Source: the human T2T-CHM13v2.0 reference genome, Homo sapiens
Length of the DNA stretch: 64,000 bases
Assembly: GCF_009914755.1 (NCBI RefSeq)
Contig: NC_060929.1
Direction: 5' to 3' (one strand)
Below are positions 48,850 through 64,000 of this stretch, in pieces; position 1 is the stretch's first letter, and every line of letters begins with the position of its first letter. The notes under the pieces were generated by a model. It searched no databases, was not told the origin of the DNA, and was given only the letters and a program-made list of their open reading frames with translations. Both the position numbers and the translations under genes were made by a program.

Positions 48850-48854
48850 TGAAT

Positions 48855-49191
48855 CAGTAGTCTCCATCTGTTTTTAACACCAGGGACCAGTTCCATAGAA
48901 GATAATTTTGCAGGTCGGGGGTGGGAGGGATGGTTTTGGGGTGAAACTGCTCCACCTCAGATCATCAGACATTAGATTCTCGTAAGGAAAGCACAACCTA
49001 GATCCCTCACATGCGCAGTTCACAATAGGGTTCATGCTCCTTTGAGAGTCTAATGCCAGTGTTGATTTGACAGGAGGTGGAGCGGAAGCAGTAATGCTTG
49101 CTTGCCCTTTGCTCACCTCCTGCTGTGCAGCCTGGTTCCTAACAGGCCACAGATTAGCACTGGTCCATGGCCCAGGGGTTGGGGACCCCTG
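48855..49191. mobile_element. MER1B (hAT-Charlie)
   Basis: 'ccacctcagatcatcagacattagattctc...gcgcagttcacaatagggttc...ggggttggggacccctg'; ~337 bp. Confidence 0.85.
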
Positions 49192-50329
49192 CTTTAAATC
49201 ATCTCTAGGTTAATATGTAGTACAATGTAAATGCTCTGTAAGTAGTTCTTATTCTGTGTTGTTTAGGGAGTAATTACAAGAAAAAAAGTCTGTACATGTT
49301 CATTACAGATGCTTTTTTTTCCCAAATATTTTTGATCCATGGTTGGTTGAATCTACAGATGCAGAACCCATGGATATGGAGGGCCAACTATGTGAGAGAA
49401 AGGAGCCTGTGTCTCCAGAATTCTAAGGGCTAGAGTAGAAAGGCCTGCTTTAAGCCTAATGAGCTTTAAATTATCTGAAGTTCCAATTTATTTTTAAAAT
49501 TATGAGAATTTTCAATTTGACTGCATAATATAATGACTTGCTTTACTCTAATAATAGCATCTTCTCCCTCTCATATCTGAGTAAAATTGATGCTCCAGGA
49601 AGATAAAGCATATTTATCCTGGGGCTTTGAATATCTATTGATATTCTGGAGTTTTAGAAGGGGCTGGGGGAAGGAGCAAAGAGAAGGGTTCTTAGAAGCA
49701 GAATTTTTGATAAAAATTAGAAGGGCAAATATTAGTAGAGCTGCTTGGCACAAATAAAATAATACAGTTGTATAGGTATAATAAACAACAAGCCTGTATT
49801 TGATGTTCTCTTTTGTAAAGGCAGATGATATAAATGAAAAAGGGTAAGTAAATTAGCAGTAAGGCACAGTTATCTAGGAGAAAAGCATAAATTATATATG
49901 AAATACTGAGAAGGAAAGCAAATTTAAAGATAATGCAAACATTTATTCTGCCTGTAAGCAAAACAGGATTTGGGCTGGCTCAGCATGGTCTGCTATATTC
50001 GTCTTAGAAGATATCCTTGCTCCCCCAAAAGAAAATCTTCCTTTCAATTCATTATAGTTCATTATCAGTTCATTATAGGAAAATTAGGAAATACAGAGAA
50101 ACAAACAAATAAATCTTGTATGTGACTAATTTTCAACTGTAGAAGTTTCTTTTTTTGTGGTTTCTCCTTTTGGTTTCACACTTAGAAAGTTTTCCCCTCA
50201 CCAAAAGATATAAAGATAAAAGATTCAAGTATAAAAAATAAATGCATTAGAAGAAAATATAGGTAACTGTATTTTCCAGTATAGTTTATATTTTCTAGTA
50301 TAGTTAATTTCTGATTTCTAATATAGTTA

Positions 50330-50624
<295 letters not shown>

Positions 50625-51593
50625 TAATATAGTTAATTTTTAACTATATTTTCTAATATAGTTCGAAGTATTAGTAATTAGTTATAGTTACCTATGGTTA
50701 TCTAATTATATAATTACCTAGCTATATAATTACCTAATATAATATAGTTACCTATATTTATATATTTGCATACCTATAAATAAATGTATTAGGTAATTAT
50801 GTAGTTGTCGATATTTTCTTCTAATGCATTTTTCTTATACTTAAATCTTTAATACTCCTGGAGCTTTAATTTTGGTATAAAATGTGAGGTAGAGATCTGT
50901 CTTTTTTATTTTCCAAATAATGAGTCAGTTGTCAAATATTTATTGGCTAATCCGTTTTTCTCTTGACAATTTAAAATGTCACTAGTCATAAACTAAATTC
51001 TTATATATATTGTGGTCTGTTTTGGACTCTGTGTTTTGTTAAATTGATCCATTTGTTTATTTTAAGCTAATAATATACTTTAAGAATTACTGTAGCTATA
51101 CAGTTTATTTTAATATCTGATTAAACAAGACTCCATCTCCCCTCTCCTGTCATGCTTCTTTTTCAAAGTTTCTTGGCTAGTCTAGTAGCATTCAAGTTTC
51201 CAAATAAACTTTCAAATCACTCTGTCCAATCTTAAAAAGACAAATGGTATTTTGATGGGTTTTGTACTAAATTTATAAAGAAGTTGGGAACTACTTTTCT
51301 AAATAGCCTTAACGTCCTTTCAGAAACATTTGCTCAAAGCTTTTATGAATTAGGCTGCCAAATTATTTATTAATAGTAATATCAGTGTTTATTTCAGAAA
51401 GATTTTAAAGGAATTCATTGAGATCTCAGCAGAAGATAGGGTAATTGGAACTCAATGGCATAAAAGGCCACCTGTGTCCCTTTAAATAGAAAGACGTTTT
51501 TATTTAAAATAATGAGCCTAGAATTTTATACAACTGCTTTTGTTCCTACAATGTAGAAAATCAAATTGCTCAATAGAGCTACTGCTACATTTA

Positions 51594-51630
51594 TTAGGTT
51601 GGTACAAAAGTAATTGCAGTTTTTGACGTT
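51594..51630. mobile_element. Half MADE1 (Hsmar1 TIR)
   Basis: 'ttaggttggtacaaaagtaattgcagtttttg' matches the MADE1 terminus. Confidence 0.75.
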
Positions 51631-53819
51631 ATAATAGCATTTCTGAGTCCTCCTCAAGGCACAGAGTCAGGCAATCCTCAGTCATGTTCAAACCAATAAG
51701 CAAAATAGAAGCCAGTATCTCATTGAAAATTATTTATTTCAAGGATATATAATATCTGCTAACTTCCTTTGTAAGATGTTGTTGATCATCAATGGTTGGA
51801 AGAATTTAACAATACAGAAAAGAAAGAAAAAGGTGAATTCTGGAAAAAATAGGGTAGGAAAATAATTTCTGACTACAACTGCCTCCACTCATTAATGAGT
51901 GACTACAGCAAAAGGGCAAGTCCAAGATTCTAACTTTCATGATAAATTTTTTGACTGTGCTTATGTGAGATCTCTTTATATACTTGAGGGGAAGGCAGGG
52001 CATTGAAAAGGGAGAGGTCAATAAGTTTTGCTCACTTCACCGTTTAGCTCACACCCAGTCCTGTGCATCATCATATTAAATTTGAAGAGAAAACATCCTC
52101 TTACAAATAAAAAAAACACTTTTAGGGTAAAAACTTGAGATTGCTTGTTTCCACAAGAAGGAACTGCAGGATGAGTGGGATGTGTAGATTTTCTACTAAA
52201 TAATAAGGTGACTCAGCTAGGTTAGTACGTGGAAGCTGCTGAAGAACTTCAGAATGGTAACACAGAAGCTAGGAGGACATTCGCAGATGATAGTAGAAAG
52301 GCTTAATTACAGTTCTGCCTGATAGCCACAAGATAAAGACCTGCAGAAGTCCCCAACATTCTTTTGATATTTTGAAATGGCAGGCAAGAGCAGCGTTCAC
52401 AGAAGAATCATAAGTCCCCGAGGAAAGGGTTTGAAAATAAATATAAAATTTAACTGTTATCAGAAAAATTATGTTGGCCTACCTGTGATGAGGATAGGTA
52501 GAAAGATTTCATTCGATGAATTGGATTTAAATTTTGGCAAAGGCCAAAGCTTTAATTTAATGCCAGTCTAGGAAGTATAGGATTAAAGAAAGGTTGAAAT
52601 TTACATACAATGACTAGAACAACAAAAACAAAGAATGGAAATAAGTAGCAGGCAGCAGGAAGAGCAGCTGACAATTAACCTAGGAAAGAACTGTGATGTC
52701 GAATCTTGGCAATTCCCACTTCACTAATGAGAAAAATAAATTAAATAAGAAAAAATTTTTATGTGTAACAAATCTCTGCAATGATATTACAGATTTATTT
52801 AAATTGAATCCATGTTGTTACCTGTGACAGAAAAGAGGCACAGGTAACAATCCCTATTTTGTTGGTTAAGAAACTAGTTTCTATTTATTAAAAAAAAAAC
52901 AGAAAAGCTGAGGTTGCTGAGATATTTTCATCTTTCTCTTTTAAAATTATCCCAGAGTTGCAGTTAGCTGGACTGTATTATCACTATAGCTCCACTAAGT
53001 GCAGTTATTTCCCAATATGTCCAATTACTCTAAGTTACCAGAGGGATATACCTTGAAAGCACTTTTGGATTTGTCTAACCTGCAGGAAGAGAGAACGCTA
53101 GAGGTGTTATGGTGTTTATAACACATCTTTTCTTGTTCACGTAGCAATTTGGTTTTGTTAGGGGAATTGCTTTGGCTTTAGAAGCCAATCAAAAAAAATC
53201 TTTGTACTTAACACTGGTTAGAAAGATCCAATAGCCAAGTAAATAATGAGTTGAGGCTGGGGAATAAAGGTCTTTACAAGTCATAAATTAATAAAAATCT
53301 ATACTACTGTAATGTATTTTGCAAGCCTTTTAATCTCAGAGGGGAGTAAACAAGTTAGATAAATTCCTTCAGTTGTTGCCAGAGAAATATATAATGGAAA
53401 CAAGAGCATCAGAATGGGGATGACTTAGAGAGAACCCCGGAATGACTAAGTTAGGAAACAACTTCCTTAGTTTATTTCCCATTAAAAAACCCAAAAACCC
53501 CAAATTGGTTATGACAAAACACCTTGAACGTCTGATTAAACTACTATGAATTTAAGTATGTAAAAAGCTTTGGAAACATGAGGGACTTTAACACTACACT
53601 TTTTAGATTTCCAGGAATTCAAAAAAAATTAAAATTTTAGATACTTAAATCGGTGCTTATATAAGATACAAATGTCACCCAGATAATACAAAACTAATTT
53701 ATAGCTTAAATCTTTGATCTTTTATCTTTACCTGCTATGATACTAAAGAGTAAAAATAATATTAAACAAGTGAAAAATAACCTACAAACACCTTAATTTG
53801 ATTTTCAAATATTATATAA

Positions 53820-54623
<804 letters not shown>

Positions 54624-56740
54624 TTTCCACCCTTTTCTTTTTAAAATCTTTTGGAGAAAGCATTTTAGAAGAAAAATGAGTCTGGTCTCAGGTTTTGTCT
54701 GATCTCTCATGGCTAGTATGATTAATTCCTAGATGGGTAGGTCCCACATTATGAGGAAAGCTCATTTTTAGCAGGTTGTGAAGTCTCATGTCCTATCAAA
54801 GAGAAAATAGGGGGAGGAAGAGAGAAAACAAACAAAAACAGAACAATCCTGGTAAATCAATATAGGCCATATTACTTTGAAGTGGCTTATGTATGTAAAT
54901 AGGTTGCTGTTATTTTCTTCTAAAGCTTAAGTTGTCTAGCTTCAGTTTGCAGGGCTTTAAAGAAAGCACAGCTTAGTTTTCAGTGATTTCAACGTAGGAA
55001 AAATAGGGGAAAAAAGATAAAAGAAAGAATAAAAATTAAATTAAAAACATTATTTTGGAGACTTGTAGCCTGGAAAAACTTTATAATTCAGTCCAAACTG
55101 TAGAAAATAATAAAAATTGAAAAACATTAGGCAAGACTAGAATCTAATAACAGGTGTACTATAGCTCATTTTGAAACATAGTTTTTCTTTCTCCAGTCTT
55201 CCATTTTTATTAAAAACAAATCATAATAGGACCAATTTGTTTGCAAAAATAAGCTTTAGTCTTATGCTTGGCCTGATTATTTGTATATAGGGCAGCAAGG
55301 ATAATTATTTTTCAAATAGGCTTTTAAAATTGGCTTTGATGAAACTCAAGGAATCTCAGATAAGACTTTTTATTTATTTATTTATTTATTTTTAGCTGAG
55401 CCCAGCCATAAGTTTGTATCCTCAAATACCTATGAGTTGTGTAATTTCCTCTCCTCTTGAGGTCCCAGGATAACTTGGGCCTCCTGGGCCTGTTAGAATG
55501 TGACATTCTTTACTTACCACAGGTTAGGAGCCCTCTACGGGGACCGTGAGGACATGGTATGAGGCCAGTTTTCCCCAAAGGGCTTTTATTGGCTGTATGG
55601 GTTAAGCTTGATTCCTTAAAGGAAAGCATGCTATTCTATTCAAAGCCTTGGTAAAACAACCAGTTTCTCCAATTGTGTCCTGTTGCAAAAGAAAACATTC
55701 TTATTGCACTTACACAAATAACTATATTGCCATAAGTTAAGAAAACTCACAAATAGTTTCCAAATTCTGGAGAAATCAGGCAGAGAGAAATATGCTCCAA
55801 ATTTTGTTTACAGGAGTATACTTTACTCAATTGTTAAAAGCTGTAAATAGCTTAAAAGAAGTTTTCTTCACTCTGAAAAACAAAACAAAAGATCAGCAAC
55901 ATTTTAAGCAAAAAGTCAAAAAGATTACTTCAGTCTTCTTTTAACTCAGTCCATGCACTTAACTCTGGTCCTGTTTGATATTCGTGAACATTTCAGCTCT
56001 CTGAGAGTCCTGAAAGTTTTTTCCTGTATTCTAATGTCACAATTTCCAAAGTTATTAAAAAACCTGCATTCAAGAGCACCTATCAAAGTCCTACAGCTGA
56101 TTATAAACCACCTTTTGAAGAGGATCAAAACAAGAGAAGTCTTAGGACAGCCATTATTAAAACCACATTTTACTAGCAATTTTTTACTTCTGTGGCATAC
56201 AACAGTTTTACATAATAATTATAATTATTAATAACATACACTAAGTCATATTAAAATTATAGGAGTTTCCCATAATTTGGGAACACATACCAATAACATT
56301 TATACAGATATAGCCCAAAGAATACCAAACACCATTTCATATTTGACAATGCTTCCTGTATGATTTCTATACCAATAAGCCAAATATGTCTCTTTTGCAC
56401 TTCTGGGGACTAATAGCAAAAAATTAATGAGGACCCAAGTTAGAATTTGACTTTAGAAAGTGTGTCAAATATAAAAAGTTTAAAACACTTGATATCATGA
56501 AATAAGATCACAGGTCATTGCAAAATAAGTCATTCATTTAACCAAAGGGATAACATAAAGATTTCAAAAACAGGTGAAAACCTTTATTCTTTGAGAGAAA
56601 AGACTTAATTTCCTGAATAATAAGCCCTAATAAAGACAGCATGAGGCCAATTAAACCTATCTTTCAAAATCTTAAAAACAATCCATACAATGCCTGATTT
56701 TTTAATCATCTTGACAATAAGATATAATTTCCATAAACCT
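54624..56740 (-). mobile_element. MER4-group internal sequence (truncated provirus)
   Basis: Polypurine tract (rc 'aaaaagaaaagggtggaaa') abuts the LTR, followed by AT-rich non-coding ERV1 internal sequence; distal end approximate. Confidence 0.7.
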
Positions 56741-57378
56741 TGTATATTATTTGTTAAATTTGAATCTAATTTTTAGAAAATGTTTACTTTGCAAAGTCAA
56801 TACTTTTTTTATTTCTTAAATTTTTCATGCCATCTTTCTCTACTATATTTATTTTAAATATCTTTGCTTGCTGATTGGGCAAAGGCTATTTTCCAGGCTA
56901 GTAAATGCTGTGCCTACAACAAATTAGCTTTTAAGAATCAAATTATACTGATTGCATGTTTACAAGTAGAATATTAAGTAACTTATTTTACTACCAAAAA
57001 TAGTTCAGAAGAGAAGTAATTGAAATAAAGTCATTATTGTGCCACTCTAGGCCCTGGATTTTAAATTTCAGTGCTTCTAATATTAGCCTAGAGATCAATA
57101 CCATGCATGTTTCAGTCTTATGGGTAAGATATGGAAGCTGCAGTGAGACATCTTTCTTTTTTTTTTTTTTAATATTATACTTTAAGTTTTAGGGTACATG
57201 TGCACATTGTGCGGGTTAGTTACATATGTATACATGTGCCATGCTGGTGCACTGCACCCACTAACTCGTCATCTAGCATTAGGTATATCTCCCAATGCTA
57301 TCCCTCCCCCCTCCCCCCACCCCACCACAGTCACCAGAGTGTGATATTCCCCTTCCTGTGTCCATGTGATCTCATTGT

Positions 57379-61231
<3,853 letters not shown>

Positions 61232-61267
61232 TTAGTTGATGCAGTTTCTTCCTAGTCTCGATGGTCT

Positions 61268-62284
61268 TTACATTTTGGCATGATTTTGCAGCGGCTGGTA
61301 CCGGTTGTTCCTTTCCATGTTTAGTGCTTCCTTCAGGAGCTCTTTTAGGGCAGGCCTGGTGGTGAAAAAATCTCTCAGCATTTGCTTGTCTGTAAAGTAT
61401 TTTATTTCTCCTTCACTTATGAAGCTTAGTTTGGCTGGATATGAAATTCTGGGTTGAAAATTCTTTTCTTTAAGAATGTTGAATATTGGCCCCCACTCTC
61501 TTCTGGCTTGTAGGGTTTCTGTCAAGAGATCCGCTGTTAGTCTGATGGGCTTCCCTTTGAGGGTAACCCGACCTTTCTCTCTGGCTGCCCTTAACATTTT
61601 TTCCTTCATTTCAACTTTGGTGAATCTGACAATTATGTGTCTTGGAGTTGCTCTTCTCAAGGAGTATCTTTGTGGCATTCTCTGTATATCCTGAATCTGA
61701 ACGTTGGCCTGCCTTGCTAGATTGGGGAAGTTCTCCTGGATAATATCCTGCAGAGTGTTTTCCAACTTGGTTCCATTCTCCCCATCACTTTCAGGTACAC
61801 CAATCAGACGCAGATTTGGTCTTTTCACATAGTCCCATATTTCTTGGAGGCTTTGCTCATTTCTTTTTATTCTTTTTTCTCTAAACTTCCCTTCTCGCTT
61901 CATTTCATTCATTTCATCTTCCATTGCTGATACCCTTTCTTCCAGTTGATCGCATTGGCTCCTGAGGCTTCTGCATTCTTCACGTAGTTCTCGAGCCTTG
62001 GTTTTCAGCTCCATCAGCTCCTTTAAGCACTTCTCTGTATTGGTTATTCTAGTTATACATTCTTCTAAATTTTTTTCAAAGTTTTCAACTTCTTTGCCTT
62101 TGGTTTGAATGTCCTCCCATAGCTCAGAGTAATTTGATCGTCTGAAGCCTTCTTCTCTCAGCTCGTCAAAATCATTCTCCATCCAGCTTTGTTCCATTGC
62201 TGGTGAGGAACTGCGTTCCTTTGGAGGAGGAGAGGTGCTCTGTGTTTTAGAGTTTCCAGTTTTTCTGTTCTGTTTTTTCCCCAT
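61268..62284 (-). CDS. L1 ORF1p, full length 338 aa
   Basis: MGKKQNRK...NHAKM; REKG, ARR and YPAKLS motifs intact; T203M. Confidence 0.93.
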   Translation of the reverse strand: MGKKQNRKTGNSKTQSTSPPPKERSSSPAMEQSWMENDFDELREEGFRRSNYSELWEDIQTKGKEVENFEKNLEECITRITNTEKCLKELMELKTKARELREECRSLRSQCDQLEERVSAMEDEMNEMKREGKFREKRIKRNEQSLQEIWDYVKRPNLRLIGVPESDGENGTKLENTLQDIIQENFPNLARQANVQIQDIQRMPQRYSLRRATPRHIIVRFTKVEMKEKMLRAAREKGRVTLKGKPIRLTADLLTETLQARREWGPIFNILKEKNFQPRISYPAKLSFISEGEIKYFTDKQMLRDFFTTRPALKELLKEALNMERNNRYQPLQNHAKM

Positions 62285-63192
62285 CTTTGTGGTTTTATCT
62301 ACTTTTGGTCTTTGATGATGGTGATGTACAGATGGGTTTTCGGTGTGGATGTCCTTTCTGTTTGTTAGTTTTCCTTCTAACAGACAGGACCCTCAGCTGC
62401 AGGTCTGTTGGAATACCCTGCAGTGTGAGGTGTCAGTGTGCCCCTGCTGGGGGGTGCCTCCCAGTTAGGTTGCTCGGGGGTCAGGGGTCAGGGACCCACT
62501 TGAGGAGGCAGTCTGCCTGTTCTCAGATCTCCAGCTGCGTGCTGGGAGAACCACTGCTCTCTTCAAAGCTGTCAGACAGGGACATTTAAGTCTGCAGAGG
62601 TTACTACTGTCTTTTTGTTTGTCTGTGCCCTGCCCCCAGAGGTGGAGCCTACAGAGGCAGGCAGGCCTCCTTGAGCTGTGGTGGGCTCCACCCAGTTCGA
62701 GCTTCCCGGCTGCTTTGTTTACCTAAGCAAGCCTGGGCAATGGTGGGCGCCCCTCCCCCAGCCTGGCTGCCGCCTTGCAGTTTGATCTCAGACTGCTGTG
62801 CTAGCAATCAGCGAGATTCCGTGGGCGTAGGACCCTCTGAGCCAGGTGTGGGATATAGTCTCGTGGTGCGCTGTTTTTTTAAGCCGGTCTGAAAAGCGCA
62901 ATATTCGGGTGGGAGTGACCCGATTTTCCAGGTGTGTCCGTCACCCCTTTCTTTGACTCAGAAAGGGAACTCTCTGACCCCTTGCGCTTCCCAGGTGAGG
63001 CAATGCCTCGCCCTGCTTCAGCTCGTGCACGGTGCGTGCACCCACTGGCCTGCGCCCACTGTCTGGCACTCCCTAGTGAGATGAACCCGGTACCTCAGAT
63101 GGAAATGCAGAAATCACCCGTCTTCTGCGTCGCTCACGCTGGGAGCTGTAGACCGGAGCTGTTACTATTCGGCCATCTTGGCTCCCCCCACC
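62285..63192. promoter_or_regulatory. L1 5'UTR bidirectional promoter (sense promoter fires to -, antisense promoter fires to +)
   Basis: Complete CpG-containing L1PA 5'UTR; promoter function from established L1 biology. Confidence 0.8.
62740..62892 (+). CDS. L1 ORF0 (antisense 5'UTR ORF), truncated to 50 aa
   Basis: MVGAPPPAWLPPCSLISDCCASNQRDSVGVGPSEPGVGYSLVVRC...; Kozak gcaATGG; extra T in run 62874-80 gives an early stop. Confidence 0.75.
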   Translation: MVGAPPPAWLPPCSLISDCCASNQRDSVGVGPSEPGVGYSLVVRCFFKPV

Positions 63193-64000
63193 GACATCTT
63201 TCAAAACTTGTAAATAATATTGTCCTTTGAGTGTTGAACCATGAAGTCGTCCCAGAGTGAGGGATGTCCTGATTGATACTAGAAAGCATTTTACTTATAG
63301 AAAGGTATCTTTAATATATATTTTTACTTACAAAAAGCAGTTTAGTTATAGAAAGCAATTAATATGCAAAGCCAGGAAGTATTAGCATACTTAAAGGCAA
63401 GGTTTAGATTCACCAAAAAAAAAAAATTAAAAACTCATATCCAGAAGACATGCTATATGGTGAAAAGAAGAGGATGTACAGTAGCTACTTCTAATGGAAG
63501 GAGTCTTGACTAATGGACTTCCCCTTAGGGAGGTTTGTGGCAGATTTTCTAAAACCTGAAGGAGAATTCTTCAAGCAAAGGAGGCTGGAGAATTAGAGAC
63601 ACTAGGCAGCTGGAAGAGGCTTGGGGCAGAGAGGGAGACACCAGGGAAAGTTTGGGGAAAACAGGACTTGTGGGTCTCTGAACCACCAAAGAAAAGGAAG
63701 GTAATGGGGTGAACTGAGCCAGAAGAGGAAAGCAGAACCAGATCATCAGCCTAACCAAGTTTATGTGTGATCCTAAAGTGCTTTAGCAGACAGGCTGATA
63801 GTGTTATGTGTAAGTGCTATGTAAGTATTAACTATCATTGTATTGCTGATAGTTTTACATTCTTCTCATTTGACATCGTATTCTAAGCACATTCCATGTA
63901 ATTAAACATTTATTAGAAACCATTTTTTTTAAGTTAAATGGCTGCATGATATCTCAGGCATGATATTTAGCAATTCTATCATTGGAAATTTAAGGTACTT

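Noticed and set aside
52384-52571. In-frame candidate exon 3 (cag|GCAAGAGC..., GKSSVHRR...)
   Set aside because: Phase fits, but the pyrimidine tract is poor and the peptide does not match the SHISAL2B C-terminus as I recall it; likely chance

Overview
This is great-ape or human genomic DNA (Alu-rich, with an L1PA2-age LINE-1), and most of it is transposon-derived. It holds the 5' part of one protein-coding gene, SHISAL2B (FAM159B), on the + strand. That part comprises a CpG-island promoter, coding exon 1 (38748-38938) and the TM-encoding exon 2 (43631-43788). The next exon is not in the window. About 15 kb upstream lies a processed MRPL49 pseudogene split by an Alu. Intron 2 carries a sense MER11 solo LTR, a truncated MER4 provirus and a full-length antisense L1 (57157-63192). 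The L1 has an open ORF1 and intact endonuclease motifs, but its RT is doubly mutated (D600H, D703N) and ORF2 has a late frameshift. The best lead is that the L1 antisense-promoter ORF0 keeps its ATG and a phase-1 splice donor. That donor matches the phase of SHISAL2B intron 2, which predicts an in-frame ORF0-SHISAL2B C-terminal chimera. I see no evidence of a wholly new biological system. Repeat subfamily names come from recalled consensus sequences, and boundaries of old repeats are approximate.
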